DNA from: Lingula anatina
Lineage: Eukaryota > Animalia > Brachiopoda
Direction: 5' to 3'
DNA length: 64,000 nucleotides
Assembly (NCBI GenBank): GCA_051362555.1
Contig: CM120640.1
Location: 124,001 to 188,000 of the forward strand
The position numbers were made by a program, and so were the translations under genes. The notes beneath the pieces were generated by a model, which was not told the DNA's origin, ran no database searches, and worked only from the letters and a program-made list of their open reading frames with translations. Below, piece by piece: positions 1-55,210 of this stretch (the stretch's first letter is position 1; each line of letters begins with the position of its first letter).

Positions 1-216
1 CTCATTTTGTAAAATTTTAATGTATTGTTGACATATATGTTGCTGTTTTGTTTAGAGCAATAGGAGTGACCTAATGCTTGAATTTTGTGCTACTTTTATT
101 TAATGCAATATATATTTATCATGTCTACATAACATAAAATATAATTTGATATGTTATCAAACATGAATTGCAAGCCTAAGTAATATATTGTCAATACAAT
201 AGATATGTCAATAGAT

Positions 217-540
217 GGATATTATCAAAACATCTTACTTTTAGTACACAGATTACTGGTTAGGATATTATCAAAACATGTTACTTTTAGTACACAGATT
301 ACTGGTTAGGATATTATCAAAACATGTTACTTTTAGTACACAGATTACTGGTTAGGATATTATCAAAACATGTTACTTTTAGTACACAGATTACTGGTTA
401 GGATATTATCAAAACATCTTACTTTTAGTACACAGAGTACTGGTTAGGATATTATCAAAACATCTTACTTTTAGAGCATAGATTACTAGTTAGGATATTA
501 TCAAAACATGTTACTTTTAGAGCATAGATTACTAGTTAGG
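217..540. repeat. 46-bp tandem repeat, about 7 copies
   Basis: Unit ggatattatcaaaacatgttacttttagtacacagattactggtta repeated head to tail. Confidence 0.9.
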
Positions 541-1711
541 TTGTATTCAATACAAGGTGCAGGACTGAATGGCAAAGCTCAGTTTGACTTTGGAAATCAG
601 TACATTAATGTACTATCATAAATTTTGTAAAGATGGTTTTAAATTTAACTTTGATACATAAATGGCAAGTGGGCCATGCCTGATTTAATATTTTGTAAGT
701 CTACCGGTAACTTGTTTTTTAAGAATGACTATTCCTTTATCATCTTTTTTTTTAGCTATATTTTTGTAGAGTTTTCTAAATATCTTATTTGTGACTTAGT
801 TTTGATTTGGAAAGGAGACTGGAAGATATAGAGTCAAGATAGAAAATGGAAAATCACATTTAATAAAGTACTAGTTGTGTCTAAAGTACTCATAAGAAGC
901 ATTTCAATACATGTAAGATGTTGATTGTTGTGGCAGGTACTGTAGATCTGAAATTTATCAGTATTGTTGGCTAAGGACCAGTTCATTTCATGACCCACAT
1001 TGTTAGCATGTTCTGTAGTCTGTCTTTAGTTCAATAAATGTGATTGGTGGTACACATGGCTCATTTCTCCCAGAACATTACTGGTAGTATTTCTCAACTT
1101 GTATTTGTGGCCATTTTAAGATGGTGATGTAAATTATGTCAAAATCTTGAGATGTAAATCTTTGTTAAAAATTTTTTTTCATGCTTTTCATTGTATTATG
1201 TTACAGTAGTGACTATGCAGACAAAGTAATATTTTCTGCTAATAAGTGATTAAGGCACTATTTTTGTGGGAGAAGTATGTTGTAAGTCTTTTTGTGGCTA
1301 TTGCTAGTAATAAATGTACTTGTCATATTTCACTTTTATATTACTATAGCCAATTCCCAAAACGGATAAATTTTTTTTTTCAAAACTATCTGCACACAAA
1401 GTATTACTTTTAGTTTAAAACTATCTGTACACAAACTATAACTTTAGTTTCAAATTTGGGTCACAGGAAAACTAATCTATTGAAGGCTATTGTAAATCCG
1501 TTTTGTAAAGAAATCACAGTGACTGAAAGTGATATGAAACAGTAATTAAAAAGTGATGCAAATGCCCCTGTATTACAAACTATGTGTGTGTGTCACGGAT
1601 ACGATTCCAATGTTACCCTTTCTATGGAATGACCCTGCCAAATAATTTTTTCTTAAACACGTTTCAGAAGCATACTGCAGCAGCATAAATTTTAGGGTAG
1701 GTCATTACTAG

Positions 1712-2042
1712 TATTTCCCGACTCAGTCAAAAAGGTTATGAATTTACTAGTACCCCCTCCCTCTTTTGACCAGTTTGTCTTTTGTTTGTTTGTCACCAGC
1801 CAAAAATCAAACAGTTGTGGACGAATTTTGCTGAAAATTTCAGGATAGGTCAAAATCTTTTAAGTGATTATCGTTAGGCGGTGATCAGGATGATCATCAG
1901 GATCCAAGAAAGGTTTCTCCACCATTGCAAGAAAGGGCAGTGATGTCCATAATCTGTTGTGTAGCGAATGTGCCTTTAAATACCACAATTTAATTGTACA
2001 GCCCTTGGCAGAGATATGGGGTCTCTGAGTGCTTTTCTGGTT
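1712..2042 (+). mobile_element. Degenerate non-autonomous Helentron/HINE-like element
   Basis: Starts near ...aaaaaggttatg, has a tttg microsatellite, and ends ccttggcagagatatggggtctctgagtgcttttctggtt. These ends resemble, from recall, those of HINE/DINE-type repeats of aquatic animals. Confidence 0.45.
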
Positions 2043-2070
2043 GTTTACTTTTTAAGTGAATAGGAAATTA

Positions 2071-2324
2071 GGCTTCGTTCACATGCACATGTCTATTTTC
2101 TAATTTCTATTTTCGCTATCTTATGATCACGGTCTGTGCCCTGAATATCCCGCCGCGTAATTACTGGCAGCGCGAGTCAGTTACTTATAGTAACTTATAG
2201 TAACTGGCTCGAGCTGCCAGTAATTACGCCTCGGGATATTCAGGCCACAGACCGTGATCATATTAAGACATACCGCAAATAGAAAATAGAATTTAGAAAA
2301 TAGACATTGCATGTGAACGAAGCC
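2071..2324. mobile_element. Fold-back MITE, PIF/Harbinger (Tourist)-like
   Basis: Near-complete palindrome ggcttcgttcacatgca...tgcatgtgaacgaagcc, flanked by TTA on both sides (2068-2070 and 2325-2327). Confidence 0.85.
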
Positions 2325-2399
2325 TTAATGTTAATTCCACAGCATAGCCTACTTAAAAACAAATAAATTAACAACAGAATTAAGGTTTTGTTGAGCACC

Positions 2400-3350
2400 T
2401 AATCGATTACTGTAATGAATATGTAATGCAATATGTAACCCGCACAGAGAGCGCCGCTCAGGTGTGCATTCTCACGTGGCACAACATGCAGACAGGTGAC
2501 ACTGTCGTAAGTGGGTACGCGATTGTTGTAGACGTAAAATGTTCAATTTAATAGAAAAAAGTTTCCATACACTTTATGATGATATAGCGTGTACTGCTTT
2601 GTTATTTTTCGTATCATTCTACTCATCAGTTGTCCTTATGGGAAAAATGATGCTTGTAACGCAACACTGATGTGAATTTCAAGTACCTAGTCTTTTTAGG
2701 ATCCTTGCCACAAAATCTAGTTCGCGTTTTATTTACCAAGTTTATCCCTCGTCACAACAAAAGTAACTTATGAAATGTACTCAGAATATCTATTAAGTGC
2801 ATTTTTTTGTATCAGGCAATGATTATAAACGATTCATTTGTTTTTATCAGTTATGTAAATTCATTCAGAACTCTCGCGCATGAATTCTCCTGCAGTGGTT
2901 TACATAAACAAACGTCTGAGTGAAGAGCATTACAGGACATGTGCACGTAAACCGAGGTCAAAAAATAGGCTGACTACAATACAGGATATGACAGAGCTAA
3001 ACTGATGATCTCAGAAGATGGAATCCATTCCCTTATAGACATTAAGTTAAAGGTAATCTTAATTTTGTAGAATCTACATTTTTCTTGTTGGTGTAGATTG
3101 TAAGGAGACTCGGTAATCTTTATGTATTGATTGTCTGTTTCGTAACCCTGTTACATGTACAGTATATGTGTTTACATACGAGTTTATTACGATCAGCGTT
3201 TGCTGTGTCATTTTTGTCATGACACACTAGTAAGCAACATTGGTCCTGCCACGATATGTTAGCAAGGTAGGTTTGTCTCAGATGCAACAACTGCCAATTA
3301 AGATTTCATTTTGTTTGACGTTTTTTTCAAAGAGGACGCCAGAAATTAAT
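2400..3350 (+). promoter_or_regulatory. Locally CpG-richer region, candidate ABCA promoter / 5' UTR exon
   Basis: CpGs are visibly more frequent than in the gene body. E-box CACGTG at about 2473, AGGTCA half-site at 2955, possible donor aag|gtaatc at about 3052. Confidence 0.35.
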
Positions 3351-3859
3351 TATTTCAGTAATACCCAAAATACCAGTCTTCAGTGTGTTATATCTTCAGT
3401 GGGAACAACAAAATACACGTGGGCCAAAGATTTGAAGAGTATTTAATGATGCACCCCTAAGCAAAGAATGTCAAAAACAAATCTTAGAGCACCTCCAAAC
3501 ATCACACTTATTTGATGATCTTATTGACAAGTTTAATTAACTATTGTAATTGGCTGCTGAAAATCAGGAAATGCCAAAGACATAGCCATATTATGTCATT
3601 GTGTGAATACCATCCTGAACACTAATGTTGTCATGGGAACAGAGATACCTATCATTTTAACTGCAGGCATTGTTTGTAATAATTGCTTTTATAAGTAGGC
3701 TTCTTCATTTGTGGTTTTAATGAACAACACCTGATCCAGGTGATAGAGAAAATGGATCTCCCCCCAACCCCTAGCTATTTATCTATAAAACTTTGGATAG
3801 CCAAGTTTTAGTAGCTGTGTAAACATCAAAACATAGATTCATGTTGCATTGTGGGTTCC

Positions 3860-4030
3860 TAACTCTAAATGGATTTACAAAGTGAACTCTAAATGGCTTT
3901 ACAAAATGAACTCTAAATGGCTTTACAAAGTGAACTCTAAATGGCTTTACAAAGTGAACTCTAAATGAATTTACAAAGTGAACTCTAAATGGATTTGCAA
4001 AGTGAACTCTAATTGGCTTTGCAAAGTGGA
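3860..4030. repeat. 24-bp tandem repeat, about 7 copies
   Basis: Unit aactctaaatggctttacaaagtg. It explains the ORF at 3783-4118. Confidence 0.85.
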
Positions 4031-5215
4031 GAGTCTGTGGCTGGTAAAAATTGTGAAAGAAGAACCTTCTAAAATGTTGAAAGGTAAAATATACATGTAG
4101 TGTATTTATAAGTTTCAAGAAGAGTCTAAGTTTGGCTTAAGCATTAGTTCTCAAGTTGTATTTAAAAGGATGGAAAGTTTGTTAGGTATGTTGTATCATC
4201 AAAGGGAGACATTACCAAAAAGCAGCTCTGGAAAAGCAACAGGCAGAGTGTCAACGTAACTTAAGGAGCTCAAAATAAAATTTCTTACAAGGAGTGCATA
4301 AAGTGCTGACAGGGATTGCTATTTTTTGATGTACACACAGTGTATCAATAAATTTTCATATTAGTAACGAGGTTGTATAGCAAGGGTATAGGATGTGTCT
4401 GAATATACATTATACTTGGCCTTCTAAACCAGTGATTAACTGTTTATTATACTGACATCCAACATCAGTCTTTAGCATCTTGAGCCTTAATGAAGCAGTT
4501 TTGGACAACTTATTTCATGGACATTGTAACAAGGAACATATTGTCAAAAGGGTTGTTTTGTGCAAATATTTTTTCAGACATGCTGAAAACTTTTCAGAAT
4601 GGCCGGACATTTGGACTGGCAGTAATGAAAAATTGATAAAATGGATTTTAGTCGGACCAAAAATCACCCTATTCGTTTGAGTGGTAGCTTACTAGTACTT
4701 TGTTTGTGAATATGATAGGTTTGAAATGGAAGGGAAAAAAGCTTTGGATTTTATATAATTTTATTAGTGAAGTATGTCGATTGATGACTGTAAATTCAAA
4801 ATTGCTGCTCTTAAAACTCTTGTCGGTGCTTTGGACCGACCAAGTCCAATTTTTTACCGGTCCAGACAAATTTTCATGTTTCATGTTTTTTCCAAGTAGA
4901 TTCATGTGTTGCAGCGTCCATGTGATGATGACAGTAATACCCATACAGGCCATACTAGTTTCACTTTGTGAACCACTCATGTAGCTCCCACTTAGGTAGT
5001 GAAGTGTATTTTTACCTCAAGGAATATGATATATGTTTTCAATGTGTTTGATTATGGCTATCTCACTACTTGCTATGATGACTGACTCCTATCCCCCTAA
5101 ATATATCAGACTTAATGGGCTCTTGGGTGACCTTCTTGTGATTGGATGTCACATTCAGCAAGGCACTGAACACTACTTCTGATCATTACTGAAAAGTGAA
5201 AAACCCTTCACCCTG

Positions 5216-5362
5216 GGCCCTGTAACTCAAAAGCATCACACATTGCGACCGAGCGCAAGCATCTCAATTCCATAACTCGCCCACACTTGCCCCATATACT
5301 ACAATGTAGCCTCTATGTGATATCGCTATTCACAATATATGATGCTTTCCAGTTACAGGGCC
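5216..5362. mobile_element. MITE, Harbinger-like
   Basis: Inverted termini ggccctgtaactcaaaagcatca and tgatgctttccagttacagggcc. Confidence 0.65.
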
Positions 5363-5523
5363 TTGATCACCCAATATTTTGTTGGATTTTGCAAAAATAA
5401 ATAAGATCGATCGACAATGAATTAGGAACACTCATTATATTTCTTATAACACAAAAGTTTGCTTCTTATAAAAGTGAAATTGAAGTTTATTCACAATTTC
5501 TAGATCTTAGGATACTCACAAAT

Positions 5524-44700
<39,177 letters not shown>

Positions 44701-46186
44701 CTACTAGTAGCATGACTACAATGACTCCAGTTGAAGATAAATAACTGCTAGTAGTATGAGTACAATGACTCCAGTTGAAGATATATAACTACTAGTAGTA
44801 TGACTACAATGACTCCAGTTGAAGATGTATAACTACTAGTAGTATGACTACAATGACTCCAGTTAAAGATGTATAACTACTAGTAGTATGACTACAATGA
44901 CTCCAGTTGGAGATGTATAACTACTAGTAGTATGACTACAATGACTCCAGTTGGAGATATATTACTACTAGTAGTATGAGTACAATGACTCCAGGCAAGG
45001 TTTCTGTAAAAAAGAAAGTGTGTTGACTATGGAGCTTACCACTGGGAGTTTTACTCTTTTGTGCTTTGAAAATCAACTTAATTGTTATTTATTCAATAAT
45101 TCACATATACTTAATGATTTATATGTATACAGTGGCTTGAAAGCTTCAGATAAATTTATTTAAAATGTATGAGCTGAAAGCTGAGTACATCACTCATCAG
45201 TTAATCCAGAAATATCCACAACTATTACTTTTTGATTGAAAGCCTCATTATTTGTGTTAAGTGTCAGTATGTATGTCTGTATCACTTACAAACATCCACC
45301 TTATTTATAAATATATAGGATTTACATAGGGTTGATTGTATTTAGAGATTATTTTTACACTTGTATTTAATATGGTTTATTATTACTGTACATTGTGTTA
45401 TGTCCATTGATGTTTGAAGTGATAATGGAAGTAATTAACTCGTGTAATGTATCCCTGACAGTATGTTACATGTGTAAGAAGGCAGATATTTACAGTGTCT
45501 TTCTGTTTGCTGTTTTATTTCAGTCTAGCAAAAATTTAACTGTGATATTAATACATGGAGGAATTTCCTTCACTTATACAGAACAAGACTGTCTATCTCT
45601 AAAAGTCTAAAGTATGGACTTTAAATGTGGTTTGTTTATCTTCTGACACGGTTTACTCTTCTGACATGGTTTACACTAATTTTCTGTTCATAGTCACCCT
45701 TGAAAAGAATTTAGTACATTTTGTCTAGCTTTACATTTTTTCAAATCCTGAAACATCACTATCAATTTTAATATGTGCGTAGAGGGCCTTTTTAGGATAT
45801 TGAATTCAAAAAGGTGCTTTGATTTGCAATTATTTGTTTCTTTGTAGGTGTTAAAATATAGCACAGAACCATTGAAGAGAAACCAACGTTTAAATAAATG
45901 TGTTAAAATATATTATGAGATGAGAACTGCTTACACAGGTCAATGCAGCATAATAGCCAAGTATGTGCACTCCACGGGGAAATTCTACCTTTAACACAGA
46001 TGTAACGCATTAAGTTAGTACAGAGAATACCTTGGTGTAAGCCATTAAAGGTATAGACAAGCAGAAAAAATATTGCCCAATCATACGTTGAATTTTATGT
46101 CACTATTATGTTAAACCAACGAAAGGATGAACCTGTGTGCTACTTATTACCTCAAAGAGAGATGAAAACTGTATGTGGTGAACTGC

Positions 46187-46192
46187 AATAAA
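46187..46192 (+). terminator. Candidate ABCA polyadenylation signal
   Basis: AATAAA followed by TG/T-rich sequence. An opposite-strand AATAAA (tttatt) lies at about 46272, consistent with convergent ABCA and AK3 3' ends. Confidence 0.35.
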
Positions 46193-47482
46193 AAAACTCA
46201 TTAAAACATAGCTGTTGTTATTTACTTATAACTTGGAATCATTATTAATTAAATGGGAAGTTTAGTTTGTTTTATTTATTTTGGGGGAGGGAGGTAAGTT
46301 GAAGACGTGATAAAAAAGATTTTAACTCAACTTGGAGCAGAATGTATCCATCAACTTAACTACCAGGGTCTCTGAATTTCAGACTGCTGTTAAACATAAG
46401 AAAAAGAAAGATAAACAGCAAATCTGGCAAATATACAGGAAACAAGGCAGAAAAGCTGACAAATGTTCCTACATTACAAAAAAGTGCACCAAATGATGTT
46501 TGGACAATTTTGATGCACAGTTATATATTGCTTTAAAGCAGCATACGTAATCACCCTTACCCTCTTACATTATGTACTACAGGTAACATGGACATTGTAA
46601 AACTAGCAAGTGTTTCAGTTCCATGGGATATTAAAGCCACTGAAAATGCTGATGTGTGAAAAATAAAAAATATTCACAAAAACCACAATAATTACAGTAA
46701 ATGTAAATCAATCATGCTGATTTTCAAAAGTAACCCGTTTCTTCGCCAAACAAAGTCATTCAATGAATTTAAAGTGAAACAAAAATACAGTTTTGAAAGT
46801 TATAGGATGAATGGCACCAAAATAGTGCAAAAAAAAGAAAACAATAATTACCATTAATCTAAACCAATCATGCCGATTTTCAAAAGCACCATGCCTATTT
46901 ACCAATTTAAGCCTCTCAGTGAATTTTAAGTTAAACAAAAATATGGTTTGAAAGTTATTGTACATTTTTTATTCCAACCATTTTTTCAAATCCTGCCAAA
47001 CCTGCAGCAAGACAGCTCATTTAGTGTTTATATCATTGCAATACCAGGTAGAAAATGTTTCTGTAAACTACTATATTACAGCAAAAGGTGCCTATATTAA
47101 AAACTGCGCCATAAAGAATTCTTTGAAAATACTGAAAATACAAGAAATAAATAATAAGACTGCCAATTCAGAGCACTAACAGTGTTAACAATTCAATTTT
47201 ACTGGGTATAATTAATGGACATAAACATATCAATCATTTTTTCATGTATATTTATGGATTTTTGGCTATATGTACGCGAGGCCTCATGATTGTTTCCTTA
47301 AAACAACTTCCAATCAAAGTCTTTCTTGCAATTTTAAATGAACAATTGTAATATCTTTCTTGTCCAAACTCCAATCCGTTCCCTTTAGACTCTCCCTTGC
47401 TACAGACTGTGTACTGCAGAGCTGCTGTTCTTTTAGACCCCCCCCCCTTTGCCACAAACTGTACTCCAGAGCTGCTGTTCCC

Positions 47483-50130
<2,648 letters not shown>

Positions 50131-51004
50131 CTTTTCGTTTTCTGTATTTCCTTTGATAATTAACCGAGCAAAATGATGAATTACTGCAGGTTATTTGATC
50201 GAGAAAAGATAACTAACTTTACAAGCGTTCACACTTGCCTGCAGTGGTAACAATCCATGATGAAGGAACTAAAACCATAAACGGAGGAGAGACGGCGAGG
50301 TGGCTTTGAAAAGTAAAGGAATAAAACTAATCTATTTTATAGCAAAGAATGAAGAGCCAGCTGTGCAGATTTTACCATAAAAAGAAAAAACAGTACAAAA
50401 CCAAAGACCTAGGTGTGTACGTTTGGAGCACACGTACACTGCATATTCATTTAAAGTAGTGCCCAATAAGTTTGGGTGGAGAGTGTGTTAATTTGTTAAA
50501 ACGTGTGGAAATACCCAGGCAGGGTTTCGACTTTTATAATGAAGACTCACCTATTGCCTTGGGTGTAATTTGTTATCAGTTACGGTGCTCTCTTGATTTT
50601 ATCGGCTGTCACCTACCTCTTTAATACCTGGTTAGCATTATTGCCAATTAGTGTCAAGGCTATATTTGTACTGTACACAGCTAAGCTGGGCCAATTAAAT
50701 CAATTACCTGTATGAAGTGTATTTGGAAGTTAGTGGCTTAATTTTCGATTTGGTGTAGTGATAAGAGTAATTTTATTTTGCAAGTAAATTCTACCTCAGG
50801 TGTAATTGACATATAACCTCATGAAATGAATTTGCACTTTCCTCTGTAAAAATGTTAAATTCTGCTCCTTTCAACTGTAATGTGGTAAGTTACAATATGA
50901 ATAAAAATCACAATGTTATTTTTCTATTAATTTACATTTAGGAAATTAATCAGGCAGTTCCCACCAAGCCACACTGATTGGGTACAAGTAAATTATTAAA
51001 AAAA

Positions 51005-51035
<31 letters not shown>

Positions 51036-53328
51036 AAAACGGAAGCTTTTGATGACAGGTACAAAAGGCAGCTAGATGACACGCAAGGTAGAAGCTGCAA
51101 AAAATATTCCTAGATCTTTGTGACCAGCTGAGGAGAGAGGATCTGAACATCAGGAGAGTGAAATCCAGTGCATGACAGACACTCAGAACTCAGCATTTCA
51201 TGTTCACTTTTATTCATGCAAAATGTGTACTTTTCCTATATGTTTAAGCAAATGGTTGCAGAAATGAAGATCAATTCATGAACTGCATTATTGTTATTTT
51301 ACATTGGACATCATAAATACATAAGTGTTAAAAATGCCTTGCTTCTGTGAATGACTGAATAATAATAAAATCCTAACAATGTTGCTTATATGAATGGTTG
51401 CATTCATGGTGAATATTAAACTCTCTCAAACAACAGTCTTGTTACACGTACTTTCTAATGAACCAAAATGAAGTACAAGAATGCTGAAATAATTTCTGAC
51501 AGCTTCACGATGTAGAGATAAGCCATAACTGACAGCAATATTTCATGTCATAAGACAATCCTGCATACATTCTTCCTTGAGTCCATAAGGGTTTATCCTG
51601 ATGATCAGCTCAAAATTTCTCCTTATATCTATCCTTTGTGAAAAAAGTTGCTTCTATGTAAGGTTAAACTTATGATTACACAATTAACAATAAACTCTCT
51701 CAAACTATAACTGTCATTACCCAATGAACAAGAAAAATGAAGTACAAGATATCTGAACTATCTTGTGACAACACGATGTTGGATAAGTAGCATTTGGTAG
51801 GATTTCACGTTTTTAGACTGTCTTGAGTTCATATTGGTCGATCCTGCTGATCAGCTGAAGCTTCAGCTTGTATATATCCTTTTCCCTTTGGTGTACTTGA
51901 TCGCGATACGAAGTTTATTTTATTTTATTTGGTTCACCTCTATTACCGCTACTATTCACCGTCGTTCATTCCCTCCAGCATGGCCGCGGGACTAGTGTTA
52001 CGGAGTAAATATGACGTCACTGTAATGGGTTAATAGGCCTATATCAATAAACAAATTATTTTCCATGATTATTCTAAAAATCTCATTCGATCCAAACTAG
52101 AGAAAAAAACTCAATTTTCTCTTATATGCAAACCTCAAAATTACGAAACAAGGTTACCCTTTAGCGACGTACAACCTGCATTAGGTGCGCAATACCTAGT
52201 GCCTGACGCGGCAAAATACGGTAGACCAGAGAAACTTCCCATTTGTTCTATTTCATTTCAAGCAAAATATTGTAACGATCCCAGTTTTAATCCAACCAAG
52301 ACGTGAGGGATCGGAGAAAGGCACAATTAAGGGTCCTATTAACGTGGATGTATTTATTATTATTGATCCGTGCGTATTTATTTTCATTAAAAAACTTTAT
52401 CTAGGCCTATCTATTGTGGTGTTTTAAGTAGGAATTTTTTTTCAGAGGATATAAACCCTGAGCGAAAACACCTGCTTTACCTATTTTGTCGTTTATTCAT
52501 ATATTCTGATTTTTTAATTTTGTATTTATTTTATCTCTACTTCATTTATCTAGGCTATTTGTCAAATTTATTTCATTAATTCCTTTATTAGTAACACAGT
52601 GCCGGTACTTATTTTAAAACAACGATGAAAGTTTAACACATATTTGAACATCTTATGCTAGTTGTGATTGAGATTCTTGTATTACAAAAGCACGTACCTG
52701 TCACCAACTCTTTTTAAGCAGTAAAACATGCAATACGGATTATCAACTTTATATAATTAGATCATAAAGATGCTATCGGAGATGGTATTGTATTAAGGAC
52801 ACAATTTATGCTTTATTTTCAATTCCCAGATAGGCCTATCTATGTTTGCGATTTCTAGATTCTGATAAGAAGTTTTAATTTTTAATTTAATTTTAGAATT
52901 TCTAAATTTCATTAACTCATATGATGATTTTGATATGTTTAATTTAATTTGAATACACTTAATTTTATATAAATCAAGTGCGTAAACTATATATCATTAT
53001 CTGTATTTATTTACATCATTCGCATCTCAACATTAAAAATAGGTAAATCCATAAAAATTTTCTATGAACATGGAATGTTGCACATTAAAATGCGATTTAG
53101 CGAATAATTTGTCAACAGTCTGTTCCTATGATAGAGGACCAAAGAGCGAAGTTAACTAATTTACATAATTAACTGTAGGCTACGAATTAATTATGCTAAG
53201 ATAAAAGACCACAGTAAATAATTAACTAATTAACACAATTACGAATTAATCATGTCAAGGGTTATATGACTGAAGACCACAGAACAGAATTAAGACAACT
53301 TGGAAGAAACGACCACAGTAAATATATG

Positions 53329-53498
53329 CAGGGGCGGATCCAGATATATTTTCTGACAGTCTTTCAAATCATCTTTGTTGATCCATCCTCCGTTTTTGAC
53401 AGTCTTCCGACAGTAAAAATGAAATGCCCGTCAATTTTAACTTGGAAGATTCTGACCGTCTTCCGGAAGACTCAGAAGATGGCCTCCATTCGCCCCTG
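53329..53498. mobile_element. hAT-like MITE
   Basis: TIRs caggggcg and cgcccctg. Imperfect 8-bp TSD aatatatg/agtatgtg. Confidence 0.65.
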
Positions 53499-55210
53499 AG
53501 TATGTGTGTAGACGTATGCATTAACATTATATAATCTTCACTTATTAACATGTATGAAACACTGACTCGTCATTTAACAGACTTGTAGCCTACAGAATAC
53601 ACTGGTACATTCATTTCAACAGCACATTTGGATATCGCAGACATAAAATATTAGTTCTTGGATATAATTTGAAAGACATTCTCGAAACTTTGAAATCAGT
53701 TTCAATAATAAAAAAGACTGACACACTGTTTAGAGCAAAGGCATGATCGCTTTACAGTTGTTGGGCCCAGAACAAACGGCGTAGATGACTTCTGGCATCC
53801 GTCCCTGCCACACTAGGCAACATTTGACTTAGAAATGCCAGTCCTCCCAGCACGTGAGAGAGGATATTAGGCCCTATGTGAGTGATAGAACCCAACAGCT
53901 TAGACATCTAGGCCTATTTCCGGCGACACATTGCTTCCTTATAGAAATTTGTTTGGTGTATACTGAACAAAAGAAAGACACACCCCAAATATTCCATATT
54001 GACCATTATCAAGATATACAAAAGCATTTTTGCTGATTATGTTATGGCTCAAACATTATGCATGACCAGACTTCCCGCTCTGTGACACAAAAACTTAAAT
54101 CCCCCCCCTAAAAATGGTCTAAACCAGATGTTATAAAAATTGACAATTTCAAAAACAAATTACAACCGGTTTGAACTAAAACATATGAGGACATTATCGG
54201 ATAATGATATATACGCATACTAATGGATACAAATTAAATAATCTCATAATTATCTTATTAAAGTAAAAACTTAGTCTTAAAAAATATATATTATATACAT
54301 ATTAATATAAAAGAGATAATTTTTTACAAAGTTCTCACATGGTCCCTCAAGTAACCAGACATTCAGAACCTCTGTTGAAGCTGATCGTCTTTTAGAAGTG
54401 ATTGAACTCCTATTGGTGTGGGCTGGAATAACTTGATCTAAACATTACGATAATAACTGTACCTATCACAAGATTGTATAGCAGCACTTGGTAGGCGTAC
54501 CCATTGTACACTGTAATAGTATCCCCTCTACCAGGGTGGCAGATATTATAGGCAAATTTTCGAAAAGCCAGAGAATCAAATGAGTGTCTGTTCATCTGAA
54601 GACATGTCTGAGAATATCTAGTGAAGATCAATCTGGCGCCCTGGTAGAGGGTAGTAATGACAAGGGTTTGGTTTGAGCAGGACAGTTGCTCCTGTCTGGG
54701 AAAAAGTGCCCTCATTCTTAAGATTTTCACAAACATAAAACGACTTCGACAGAAGAACGGTCTATAGAGTTCCACTTAAATTTAGCCGGACTAGGCCGCT
54801 CCTCGGCTGTGAAGGCATTACACGCACGCTGGAGAGGGGTGACCCGCCTTCATGTTATAGCATACCATAGCATGTGCCAAAATTAGCTTGTTGACGAGTA
54901 AGTTTACACAACCGCACGTTCTTTCCACCAAAAGCAAGTCAGGTGGAAGAATGGTGTATACAATTAAGTTCATGGCATGTTTGTTAATTTACGTCATGTA
55001 AAAGCTACATCTTATTAAATTTTTAAAAAATACAAAGATATGATGGATACATAATAAGAATACATAAAACCATATAAACTATTTAAATCAAAACTTTGTC
55101 CATATAAAATTCTGATCATCGTAGAGAAGACACTAGACCAGGAAGACGCTGTCAGTCTAGTTGTCTGAATGAGCTCCCACTGCCACCTAGTACAAAGTGG
55201 GATAATATGT

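Noticed and set aside
4555-4890. Possible MITE starting cagacatg
   Set aside because: No convincing matching right TIR or TSD.
53860-53925. tRNA/SINE-like boxes on the - strand
   Set aside because: Too degenerate; no cloverleaf could be built.
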